Part shown: positions 23,296 through 35,437 of the stretch, in pieces
Layout of the letters: each line of letters starts with the position of its first letter
How positions within the stretch are numbered: position 1 is the stretch's first letter
Source of the DNA: Anthoceros angustus
Lineage: Eukaryota > Plantae > Anthocerotophyta
NCBI GenBank assembly: GCA_010909165.1
Contig: MU008217.1
Span: forward strand, 124,001 to 188,000
Reading direction: 5' to 3'
DNA: 64,000 nt
The notes under the pieces: generated by a model
Told to the model about the DNA's origin: nothing
Database searches by the model: none
What the model saw: only the letters and a program-made list of their open reading frames with translations
Made by a program: the position numbers and the translations under genes

Positions 23296-24194
23296 TAGGA
23301 ATGTGACTACCATCAATTCTCACACCACATAGCTGATTCCCCGAATCTCCTCAAACTCTCTAGCATATTACCTCATTTTGTCTTCGGAAGGCCATTGGAT
23401 GTAAATGTCATGAAGTGACTTCCTTATTGCAACACAAAAGTCAATGATTATACAAGACCGCTTCGGTGTGAAGCTGACCTCATCATGGGACTCACTGTGG
23501 GGCACCGCAGGACTCACAACGAGATTTCTTTTTTAGGTGCGGTACTTCAAGTATTTTGGCGCTTCATTAAAGCTATGTGAGCTTGTCGTCTTCGATGTGA
23601 AAACCACATCAGTGAGGACCACCCGGGCTCGTGAAATTTTGCCGGCCCCGGGTTCACATGTTCGTATGCAGTTAAGTGAACACCGGACTAAGGTCGGTTG
23701 GCTGCAACCATAATCGGATTAGCATGCAAGTACTTTGGGTATACGTTTGTATTTAGTGTCCGCCCGTGCTACAACCAAATGCATATCCATGGTGAGCGCG
23801 ATGGACACAATTCTACCAATGTTGGTGCTCGTCATTACCGCACTTGTCACTATCCTTTCGAGAATGGCAGATTCTTATTGCTGTGCATTTAATTCAGTAA
23901 CCTAGGAAGGAGAGGTCACACATATGGAATTGCAAGCTTCATCATCCTTTAACTGAATGTTTGTTTGGTGATTCTTGCTTCTTGGGACAGAATGCCGAAT
24001 GTTTGCATGACTATGACATGGATTACATTACGATGAATATTACATCAAGTTCCTTATTATATTCTTTTCTTGGAGAATGCCTCCTTCATAAGAGAAGATA
24101 GTGTATAATTCATTTCTCCATTCACAATTCGAATTGCACTCCACCAGTCCTGCACTTTCCGAACCCAAGTTAGAAGAATTGAAGAGAAGGCCTT

Positions 24195-24576
24195 CCGGAT
24201 TCACAATACGACTATTGCCACACCACGAATCCATGTGGTCACACACAAGTTGTTAGAAGTTGGCAGGTAGTGTGTAGCCAACTTGGCTCTAATCTTCGAA
24301 TCCATAGCTCAATGTCCATCTTTGCCACTCGGTATGATCTTCTGGAAGTCATTGATCTTCTTGTAATCAGTCAAGGAGAGATTTCCACTTGTCTTTACAT
24401 TGGATTGTAGTCCTACTGACACCCATGGCATTTGGCTAAGATAACGTTGCACCTCCGATTTGCTGCGGATTTAGTTCTCTCCTTGCTTCCTCTTCCTTGA
24501 TATTTATCCATGTTGTAGCTCCTTCCAAGTTGGAGCACAACCAATTCCTTGCTGTCCAATGTCGACGTGCCTTCTT
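24195..24576 (-). pseudogene. decayed trihelix / Myb-SANT-like DNA-binding domain ORF
   Basis: Joining frames gives KKARRHWT.KELVVL...GVSRTTIQCKDKWKSLL.TDYKKINDFQK...H*AMDSKIRAKL, resembling the trihelix W...QC..KW..L..DYKKI...YWAM pattern. Contains frameshifts and a stop. Confidence 0.5.
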
Positions 24577-25355
24577 TGTAGGATGATTTGGCACATCTTG
24601 TGAGGGCAGCTGGCTCAGATTGGAATGTGGCTGCGAAAATGATCTGGGGAGCTATCGTGCAGCAATTCTTCCTTAGATCGGCGCTCATGTTGATTGCTCG
24701 CTCCAACGATTGTCCATGTGCCTATGATCTTTGCGTCTTTTGGGAGGATGGAGATGAACTTGTGTTGGTCTATGGAATCGCAACTTTCCTCTACGTTGGA
24801 TTCTAAGAACTACAAAGTTCCTGCACAATTAAAGATTGTACTATATAATAATTCAATATAATTTTAAGAAGAAAAATTATGTTAATATAATTAATTAATT
24901 ACTTTATTATAATCATACATCTACCTCAAAGAATCTGATAGTTCCGTACAAAAAGTTGGTACAGCTTGGCACAAGTCTCCTCCAAGTGTAATACGGGTGT
25001 GATGAAAAGGTTACCTATTTGTTTTTTATGAAATTGCTTCCGTGCTACCATAAACTTGTGGCCTCAAGGTGCCAGAAAGCCAGATACATAGTGGGATGGC
25101 TGGGATGGACGGCATTTGCAGCTCGGACTCGGAAGTTGGAAGCCAGGCGAAGTCGTCCATGTAGCGGCGTCTGGGTGCATGGCTGTGTCTGGAAATTGAA
25201 CCCACTGGCTTTGCTGCGGGCATTGCCAGTGGGTTCAATTCAATGGAGTCCCCCGGACCCGAGTAGAAGTGGAAGCGGCAGAGGGCTGAAAATTCAGCGT
25301 GGCATTGGCATTGGGCAGCAATGTGAAGCAACAGGCGTGTTTCTAGTGGACAAAG

Positions 25356-28300
25356 ATGAGGCATGGACGATGGCCCGCAGGAACGAACCGCAGCTGCACT
25401 ATCGTCAACAGAGGAGCTGAACATCACTGGTTGGCAAGCTGGGCTGTGCCTGAGGCGTTTATACCCAGTCTTCCAGGGGTTCCTGGTCTGAAGAAAGGCT
25501 GGTGGGCAGCAGGTGCTGCTTGCGGCGACAGAAAGAGAGAATGGCGTCTGGTTCATGCCAGCTCGGTGCCAAAGTTGACGCCTTTCAAGCTGAGGGCTCG
25601 GTCAAAGGCGCCCAGAGCAAGCGCAACGGGCTTCTGGGAGCCCCAGAACGACTGGGAAAGCATTGCCCACGAGGTTGTCGGAAACCAAGGGGCCTTCAGG
25701 AATGGGGCCAAAGGACGGCATCCCAGGGGGCAGGAGGAGCGGGAAGTGCTTTGCCGGGTGGAGGTGGTGTCGTGGCGAGAGAGACACATCTCTGCTAGCA
25801 TATGCATTGAAACCAGCCCGCAGCGGGTGTGGGATGTGCTCACGGACTACGAGCGCTTGTCGGAGTTTATACCCAACCTTGTCCGCAGGTAGGCCTCTTC
25901 CTCCTGTCAGCTCTCCCCAACTGGAGCACAACTCATCAGGCAGGCATTCGCTTGTGGATGTCCAGTGAGATCATTCCGTGCCCCCATCCGGGAAGGCTCT
26001 GGGTGCTACAGCAGGGCCTGCAGACGGCCATGTACTGGCAGATTCAGGCGCGTGTTGTTCTTGACCTTCAAGAGTTCCCGCGCTCGGTATGTCGGCTCTA
26101 CTCTCGGCTGTTACCAAAATGGTTGCTTTGGTGCTTCGCACAGGCTGGTTGTGAAGGTGTCGTCTGAATGCCTTGTGAAGGGTGATGGCGGAGAGATCCG
26201 GTTTTCCATGGTGGATGGGGACTTCAAACGATATGCTGGCAAGTGGTTTCTCAAGACTGGCCCAAGGTAGGACTTGTTTGCTTTTTCCTTCACCTCTCCA
26301 TTTTCCTTCCTGTCCGATGCCATTCCATTCGTAACGCTCGGCTCCGTGTGGGCATGGTGTGTTTAGGCTCGGGACGACTTTGTTGCACTACGAGGTTAAC
26401 GTTACTCCCAAGCTTTTGTTCCCAGCGGCGTTCATGGAGAGAATCATAAGAGCCGACCTGCCCGTTAATCTTCGAGCTGTGGCTGAGAGGGCAGAGACAG
26501 ATTTAAGGAAAGGCGCATCTAGGTGTGGTGTGGGCTTTCCTCGCGCAAATCCTACCGTCCTCTGTGCTGTTGATGCAAACTCCTCTGCTATGCGATCGAG
26601 TGAGGAGAAAGTTTCGGTTCCGAGTAGAGTAGTCGAAAAAGAGTTTCCAAGGAGGACTGTATTTGGATGGAAGAGATGGAGATCGGAGCTGCCTCCCTGG
26701 AACGGTTTGAGGAGAGTATGCAGTTTCGGAAGGCCCTGTTCTGCAGATGAAGTCCATCTCCGACGCTTCGATGACCTGATGGTATTAAGCGTTCTTTCAT
26801 CCGTTTCTAGCAACAGATTGAAGGGATATAAGCTTTCAATCTGATGGAATGCAGTTTCAGGAAAATGGAGGAGTTCACAGGCGTGTTCTGGCTGCTATAA
26901 CTGTGCAAGCTCCCATCGAAGATGTCTGGACCGTGCTCACAGCTTATGAATGTCTGCCACAGTAAGTCCATTGCGAGACGGTCCTCGTGAACATAGGATT
27001 GGCTCTCTGAAGATGTTGGTAAGACTAACTTTCCTTAGGTCTGTTGCAGATTCATCCCAAATCTGGCAGTGAGTAAAATTCTGTCGATAGACACAGACAA
27101 AAAGCGTCTGCTCCAGGTTCAGCACCTTTCCTGCAGATGTAGACTGGCCCAAAATCGTTTCGCTTTCAAAGGCTCAATACAGGATGAAGGGATACACGCT
27201 CTGATGATTGCGATGACGTCTGCAGGAAGGTTGCAAATGCCTTCTCTACATGGTACTCCATGCAAGGGTGGTTCTTGATTTGTGGGAACGACCACCAAGT
27301 GAGATAGCTTTTGAACAGGTTGAGGGCGATTTCGAATCGTTCTCAGGAAGCTGGACACTGGAGAAACTCGGCAATGAGCACACTCTCCTGAAGTATGCTG
27401 TTGACACAAAGATGCATAAAGACTGCCTTCTTGCAGAGGCCATAGTGGAAGAGGTACTTGTCCATAGCAAATCTGAAGGTTAACACTGTGACGGATTCAC
27501 CACCTCGTCCGTCGTTCCTCGTGGATCTAAGACTCGTTGTTGCAGGTTATCTATGAGGATCTTCCTGCAAACTTATGTGCTATCAGGGACAGGGTTGAGG
27601 TTCACGGCAAACACGCTTTGCAGACCATGGATGACATAGTCACACAGTCAGCTCTTCGAAATGCTGCAGCAACTCCGCTTCACCCTAAGAGCCGTGATAG
27701 ATCAACCGTCGGGCGCGAGGCCAAGGGTACTCCTAGGAGGCGACGTCCAATTCCAGGTCTTCAAAGACACTATGACGTTTTGGAAAGCGAGTTAGGAAAA
27801 TTCATTGCAGAACATGGCAAACCGGGTATCATGCCAATGAGATACGAGTTGAGAAAGCATGGGCGTGTAGACCTTGAGAAGGCCATAGCACGGATGGGTG
27901 GCTCTGCCAAAGTGGCTGAGAAAATGAAGCTCACTCTGGCATATAAACAGCGGAAGCCTAAGGGTTATTGGGACGAACTGGAGAACATCAGTAGAGAGGT
28001 AAGTCTCTTCCCTGATGTTGTCCACAGTGACCCCTTGAGACCAAAGGAACCTGCCATGTCATGGTCATGCTTCTACCGTATGCAGATCCTCATGTTTCAG
28101 GAAGAGAGCGGGAAGGACACTAAATTGATGCCCACAAGGAGATCGTTAGAAAAAGCTGGTGTGCTTGCCTACCTACCTTTCCCCGATCTTCCACGCTTTC
28201 TCAGACTGGTATTTCGTTGGCGTGTGCGGTTCTCAAACGGGGTTTTTTCTTTTCTTGTCTAACAGGGCGCTATGACCTTGCCCGGGCTTTAGAGAAGTGG

Positions 28301-28507
28301 GGGGGCTTGCAGGAGGTTGCCAATCATTTAGGGTTGCACGTGAGATGGTCGAAATCCAGGGTACAGAGGCAACAACTTTCTGTAGATGTTACCAAACTCC
28401 CCGCGATACTGGATACTGAGGGCTCCGAATCTGCCACCAACATGCCTTATAAAATCGCTGTTCTTCCGAAGTCTACGAAATGGCTTACATTTCACAGCGA
28501 TTATTGA
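25356..28507 (+). CDS. PPP1: multi-exon gene: two polyketide-cyclase/dehydrase (START-like) domains plus a C-terminal KPKGYW repeat region; homolog of Arabidopsis PIN2 promoter-binding protein 1
   Basis: Exons give VEVVSWRERHISASICIETSPQRVWDVLTDYERLSEFIPNLV, DEVHLRRFDD..ENGGVHRRV, YMVLHARVVLDL...FEQVEGDF, VIYEDLPANLCAIRD, RKPKGYWDELENI and GRYDLARALEKWGGL, with GT-AG introns. Start ATG 25356 is the best guess; stop 28505-28507. Confidence 0.85.
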
Positions 28508-28703
28508 GTTTCCTTCCCACAAGGTAGTCTCATGTGTCTGAACTCTCTAAATTGCTGATCCTCCCAAACCACCAAACGTGGCTTGCCTCCCGGTTAACAG
28601 GGCCTCGTCCGACTTTCCTAGGGCCTCCACCTCTGATTTCACTTCGGTCACCTCCAATCAATAGGGACGGTTATGATTTCCATCTCCCAAGTTTCCTATC
28701 AAA

Positions 28704-31124
28704 TCACAGTTTTGAAGACGGGGTTCCATCCGCAGCCAGCTCCCTTTCAGCCAAACCATCCTGTTGAAATTTCACCCCTTTCAGTTCCCTGATGGCTTGG
28801 GTCTGCAGTCTGTTTCTAACCAAAGGGAGAAGCACAGCCACCAGGGAGGTCACATCCGCAGCGGAGTGGGCAGCAGACAATGCTATCCGCAGCCTGCCAA
28901 ACACGCAGAAGCCCTAGCTATGATCAACGCCAGACCGACATCTCGTAAACGACAGGGAAACGACACAGACTAGGAGAGGCAGGTCACCTTGCTGTATTGA
29001 GCGGTACCGTTGGAGGTCGGATTGCAGCGACATGGAAACCAGCTTTTAGCAAATGTCTGTTCAGATGCAAAAAACAAAGGATAAGACGGCGAGCTGCTGC
29101 CTCCTTGACTCAGTTTCCTGGAAAAGCATGTCTACGAACGTCAGACCTGCTAGCAGATAGCGTCTCTTCGGAGCCCTTCAAAACAATTGGAGCAATTGGA
29201 CTTGCTATCGGTATGCCAAGTGCCTCAGAAAGTTGATTCACCCTCTCCCAAAGGGCTTTCTGTCTCCATCTTTCCTCCCTCGCCACGAGTAGTGCAGCTG
29301 GCAAAAGCAACCAGGTGGTGGGTTGAAGTCCTCATGAAGTCACCGGACTAGGACTGCACAATGCTTACAGAAATGGCATTCTTTACCATGAGCAGCAGCG
29401 ACAACAGGTATAGCAAGAGCAGTTGTAAATATAAAAGACCTGCCGCGAGACTGAATCCACTGCTTCCACTTCAGGCTGCAAGACAAGGGTACTCTCAGAT
29501 TACGTAGCACTTTTCTTGGTCCTCGCCAAGGAATTCCTTAAACAATCGGACACAGCTAAAATTTGTGCACAAAAGCAATGAAGGTAGACAACCTGGAAGC
29601 GATGAATCCACCCTGACATCCAACAGCCTTACTGAGGGTGCCGACGTGAATATCAACGTCGTGTTCGACACCCAGTGCCTCAGCCAAACCGCCACCACCG
29701 TCCCCACAAACCAGGGTTGCATGTGCCTGTCACCAAAGGTAACAAAATGGGTACCACAACAGAAGGACTCCAGCTCATGTGTATCAAAGGATACGATGTT
29801 AGGGCGCATACCTCGTCGATAACAAGGAGAAAGCCGTGCTTTTTCTTTAGAGTCGCTAGCTCTTGAAGAGGAGCAAAGTCCCCGTCCATACTAAACAAGC
29901 TGCAAACCACTGCAGAAGAGCGACTAAGACAAATGAAAACGCAAGCAGATGCAGTTCATACCAAGTGCAGAGTTCCAGACTTGGTACTGGGAGAATCAGG
30001 CAAGAGACAGCAGAGATTTTGGCAGACCTGTCAGTTATGACAACTTTCCTGGTACTCTCAGTAGTGGACCTGCAGACATGTGAAGCATGGTCCAATATCA
30101 GCATAAGCAGCTAAGAGCAAACAGCGTTATGTGTGTCCATCGACAACACTTACAGTAACTTGTCCAAGTGCGCCACATCGTTATGGCGGTAGACATGCAC
30201 GACGACATTGCTTTGCCTTTGAGCCACACGCAGTCCATCGATGATGGAAGCATGGTTCAAAGCATCTGAAAAGAATCCAACGACGTCTCCTCGATTCTCA
30301 GGGAGGATGTTGCTTGCTAAGGCTGTGATGACAGCCATGTTAGCAGAAAATCCTGTTGGACACAGCAGGCACTCCTGAACAACAGAGAACAGACAGGTCA
30401 CAAGCTTGAGAGCCGTCACGGACGGAAGAACAACCAAAAATCGAAAGACATGGCATTGCACCGACGCACCTCTGCATGTTTCAAGTCAGCCAGGGCTGAT
30501 TCCAGCAACCGGTGATGGTGGGTGTACCCACACACGAGAGCAGATGCTCTGGGTCCCATTCCGTACTCAAGAGCAGCCTGGAGGCAGTAAGCATTGAAGG
30601 GCAGCAATTTGAAAAAGTACGGTGAAGCATCAAGCTCGCATTCCAGGCCCCAAAGGATGAATGACAGACCTTGGCGGCGGCATTGCGAACTGCCGGGTGG
30701 GAGGAGAGGCCGAGGTAGTCATTTCCCGAAAATAGCAGTAATTTGTGCGGTTGCTGGGAGCTCATTCCCGATGCCAGCTCCATGACGCTCTCCAGGCTCA
30801 AGGCCTCCTCTCCTGTGGGCAGGAAGTACGTTAGGAGGTGAGCAGCTAAGGGACGGACACAGGATGGAGCCGACGGGAAATGCGGATTACGGTACCGCCG
30901 CTGGGGTCGTCCCGCAGCCACGACTGGAAGGTGGCTGGCGACACCTCCACCTCCACAGCAGCTCTGTCCCAGAGCCCGGGCCCGGCAAACGTCTGATATT
31001 CTGAGCCAGCCCAGGAGCCATTGCAGTTGCACCCGGGGCTGATTGGGCGCAGCGACCGCAGGAGCGACTGCTGGGACAGCGCGCTCAGCGAGGCCTGCAG
31101 CCAGGCGTTCCAGGCGTTGGACAT
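28704..31124 (-). CDS. BIOF: 8-amino-7-oxononanoate (KAPA) synthase, peroxisomal (C-terminal PTS1 SKL), multi-exon
   Basis: KLLLFSGNDYLGLSSHP, YGMGPRASALVCGY, PTGFSANMA, FSDALNHASIIDG, LFSMDGDFAP, LVIDEAHATLVCG, PLP-lysine motif VGTLSKAVGCQGGFIA, GFHVAAIRPPTVP, ending PSSKL* (stop 28706-28704). ATG 31124 aligns with plant BioF starts; in-frame ATGs also at 31205 and 31286. Confidence 0.95.
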
Positions 31125-31324
31125 CCTGACTGCAGCTGCCGCTGTGCTAGCGGGAGCTGGAGCAAAAGCGCGAGCTCCAGGTTGCGAGACAAGCACAAAA
31201 GGCATGAGATTCGATAACACACATTCCACATTCTCGACACAATCTTTGTCAAAGGACTTCGGTAAGGCCTCTTTGTCAAAGGACATTGCAATATAAAATG
31301 CTGTGTCCCACTGACAGGCCGTTA

Positions 31325-33885
31325 TCAGAAGCCGACAATGTGAGAGTACTCGGCATACTGCCTCGACTGCAAGCCTATGGGAGCTCGGAGCATCTCATCG
31401 GGAATGGCGAACGCGTCCACCAACTCCCTCGCAGCTCCGCGAACTTCGAAGCTCAGATACTCCACCAGCCTGTGGATCGCTTTGGCCTTGTTTGGGGCCA
31501 CGTAATCTTGGTTACGGTAGGTGCCGATGTCCTTCCAGATGCGGTCCAGAGCGTACAGATCCCGCACGAGCTCCAACACCGCTCGGGCGTTCTTGTCTTG
31601 GCATCTGCAAGCAGAGTTCAGAGCTGGGGGTACATTCTATGCAATCAAAAGCACGCACTGCCGCCGGCTTGGCTTCGGCTAGGCTTTGGCTTGGCTTACT
31701 CTTTGATGGAGTCGTTGAATTTGGCCAGCACCACGGTCTCGATGTGCGACTCCGCCAGCGTCAGTAGGTGGTTCAAGCAGCGGTTCCAAGCCCCGAAGCT
31801 GCCCAGACGAGCCGAGTGCTTCCGCAACCGCAGAGCCGCTGTGTGCAGCAGTCTTGCCGTGCGATACTGGAAATACCACCACAATTTCAGCTCAGGGACT
31901 TGTAATCCGAACAGGATCCAGTAGGATCCGGATCATGGCAATAGAGGCATGCAATTCACAGACCTGGAAGGCGTGCAGCTGGAATTCAGGGTCCCGAAGA
32001 TGGCCTTGCCCCTCCCTGTGCGTTGCCACCGGGTTCGTCTGAGACAGGTACGTTGCCATGGACTCCCTCAGGTAGTTCCATGTTACAGACAGTGCTCCGC
32101 CTTTGAACTTAAGCTTGTACTGCTTCAGCAGATCTGCAGCAACCTGGGTGAGCAGGCTTGGCCCATAGTCAGTCCACTCCTCATCTGGAGCTGCAAACCC
32201 AACCCAGCAATGATGCAGCAACTTTCACCTGCTGCAGTAGCACAGTGTTGTCTCCCTCGAAGGTTTGGAAGATGTCATGGTCGTTGCGAAGAACTCCAAA
32301 CCGATTCACTGCAGCGTAACCGTGCCCACCACAGGACTCCCTGCACACGTTCAAAGACTTGGCAGTGTACGAGGTGATGTAGGCTTTCAGGCCAGCAGAC
32401 AGGGCATGGACGTCTGCAATGGTGTCATCGTCATGCGTCTTCTTCATCTCTGCGTACTGATTTATCAAGTACTGTGTAGCAAAGTGGAATGCATAAACCG
32501 ACGCCAGCATAGGCATCAGCTTCTGCTGCTGGGACTGGTAGTCCAGAATGCTGATCTCTGGCTGATTGGGCGGCCCGAACTGCTGCCTCATGAGCGAGTA
32601 TCTGATGGCAATGGTGGAAGCTGCTTTCAAAACTCCCACGGACCCGTACGCCAGGCCCACTCTCCCTCCAACAAGCTCCCCCAGAGTCGCAGCAAACCTT
32701 TTGCTCACAGTGGGAAGACTGCTGGTGTACTCTCCGTCCCGGGAAACGTCCCCGAACCTGTTCAGAAGATTGTCCCTGGGTATGCGAACATCGTGAAACC
32801 GTAGGGCTCCGTTGTCCACCCCGTTCAGCCCAACTTTATACCCGCAGTCCCGAATCTCCACTCCAGGGAGAGTTGTATGATCTGCTAGGCTCCGGATGGG
32901 GACAATAAAAGCATGCACACCCATGTCTGTGTCCACATGGGAATCGGGGGAGGGCAGCTTCAGCCTGGCAAACACAGTAGCAAACTTGCCGTGCACCGCA
33001 GCATTCCCAATCCACCATTTGGTGGCACCTTCGTTTGGTGTGTTGATGACAAACTCATCAGTCACTCTGTCGAACGTGGCTGTGGTTTGAAGACCTTGGA
33101 CATTCGATCCTGTCAAAGGAGCAGGCATCAAGCACTGATACAAGCTAATTCAACCCCCTTCAGGTCACATAACATGCCTCAGCTTAGTCATCAACCAGAA
33201 AAGAGGAAAACGTGAAAGAAGGCACGCAGCAGGTAGAAGCTGGCTAGCCACCGTGATGTAGTTCAGTCATTGCAAAGCATCCGGGATAATCCAAGTTAGA
33301 AATGCCTTCCAGGTACTTCTGCCTGTGCTTCTCCGTGCCCAAATTTATGACACTTCCTCCCCACAAGCTGCATCCACAAACCTAGTCAGTCACTTCAGCA
33401 GACTGTCCGTGCACCAGCCCAAATATCAGACACAAAGAAGAACAGGAATTTCAGTAAGCCCCCTACCTGAACTGCACTCCCAGCTTGATGCCAAGGGAAA
33501 GATCAACGTAACCCACCGCTTCTGTCACCACAAAATACCTTGCGGGATCTTCAAGTAAGTACTCCATTGGACTTATGCCAGCTTCCTTAACAATGGCTGT
33601 GAGCTGCCGCATTGTCAACTCTCGGTGTTCATCCTTACTGATTTCTACAGGCGTTTGCAGCTCTGGTCGTTGGATGAAGAAATTGAATATCCTCTCCCTA
33701 TCCTCCAAATAACCTCCAGCCATATAAGCAGACAATATTGAGACACTCACAGGGCGCTTCACAAGCACCTTCGCACAAACTTCCGCATGAAGCTGCCCCT
33801 CTCTCACAAAGGACACTGCTCCCAAATGCGCTGCCAGGCTATGAAGCCGTCTTTTCACAGCTTCCTGCTCGTAGGAGCCTTCCAT
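31325..33885 (-). CDS. ACX2: peroxisomal long-chain acyl-CoA oxidase (ACX2 type), N-terminal PTS2 RLHSLAAHL, multi-exon
   Basis: [133 protein letters not shown]...VGF*. GT-AG introns, e.g. donor at 33466. ATG 33885; TGA 31327-31325 followed by TAA. Confidence 0.96.
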
Positions 33886-35437
33886 CTAATATCCGTTACG
33901 TAATGCAGACGGTACTTCAAACAACCTGCTTGATCGTTCCAGTTGCCACTCCAGCACGGTGCACCGCCTTCTGCAAATGGAAGCCGAGTTGGATCAGAAC
34001 TTCATCAGTATCCCTTCAGCAATGAGGAACCCAACAAAAATTCCGTGACCAAGAACCACTACTCTGCGCATCCTGGAGTACAGCATTCCTCACAATTCAA
34101 TTCCCCTTTACGAGGCACCACTGACAGAAATCCATCCCAGAAATTGAAGGATATGCAGCGCGCGCAGTTGGTAAAGATGCTATCAGACTGCCTGCATCTT
34201 CTATCCCACAAGGTGAAGAGAGCTCAATCCGCAATTCACCGTGCTTCTAGCTACGAGCAGGAGTGGATTCGGAAAAGGCGAAATTGGAGAAGGCACTTCA
34301 CCTTATCTCAGAAGAACCCAGCAAGGCCGCCCGCACCAGACCGTGGCGTGGTGCCACTGGGAAGAATTAAGTGCGATCGAGCAATCAAATCCAACAGTCT
34401 GGAGTTTGAAAAAGCAAAGCGCAATTGGTGCTTGCAATCGAGCTTGGAAGGCAGACGAGGCCCTGCCGAATGGACCTCGCACACAGTTGCCCAAGGGAAG
34501 CCAAGGCCGGGAGAGGAGGAGGCAAAGAAGACGAAGAAGACTGAAGGCCACCGCCACTTCGCGCATGCTGCGGGCCTACGCCGAGCCACCTCATTGTCTT
34601 TACGCCAAGCTTTTATCCCAGGATGGGTTTGACGAGTAACGCGTTATCCTATAAACTCGCCACCTACCCATTTGTTTCCATTGATGTACTACCTGTAAAT
34701 AGGTGAATATACATCTTTAGTCTCACCATCTCCCAAGCTTATAGGGCTGCCACACTTTGCGTAGCAGCATAGCCATGAAGCCCCTCTTCTGTAATTTGTG
34801 CACGGAGCCTCTCCTTCTCCGAAACTGGGGTCCTGTAGGAACACTTGACTTGCACACGCCACGCCTGCAGTAGGCTGTCGAGGGAGACTATATGTCACGA
34901 CACCCACTTCTCGTTGCATAGTATCGCAGAGACTCAAGGCTTCCTGTCCCTGTTCAAGCTATCTCGGAGTTCCACGTCACCGCTAGACATCTGTTAGGCA
35001 CTCCTGGTGCCTTCCAACCTGCCACACTGTTGCAGCTCATGTACGTATGTTCTTGTACATATGTATGTGCAAACATGAGCTTGAAGCCCTGCTTCCGTAA
35101 CTTGTGCATAAAGCCGCTTCCCTCCTCCCCAAGTTCCAACCGAGCGAACCGTGGAATTTATTCAACGGCTGTCGTTCCACTTATCCATTTATACCATTGC
35201 TCATTGAAGGGAGTAGGCTCGGGCGGCACAATGACAGTGGTTTTCCATTTAGATGGGTCCCAATTGGAGGGGGTGGACTGTATGTACATACATACATAAT
35301 ACGATTTGTTGGGCGATTTTGTACTTCCACTGGATCGTCATAGCAGGCAGTTGGGCCGGGCCTGGTAGCGAAGACGACAGCTTGTGACTCCCGCCTCCTC
35401 CCCGGGGTGACGGTTCGGTTGTTTCTGACTAGAGGAC

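Noticed and set aside
31286-31327. ACX2-BioF translational read-through fusion
   Set aside because: ACX2 ends in tandem stops (TGA TAA) and its frame differs from the BioF frame (41-nt offset to ATG 31286). Only a spliced fusion would be possible, and there is no sequence evidence for one.
33943-34639. ORFs of 229 aa (-) and 132 aa (+) between ACX2 and ARP9
   Set aside because: No domain similarity. They lie in the divergent promoter and 5'-leader region and are likely chance ORFs.
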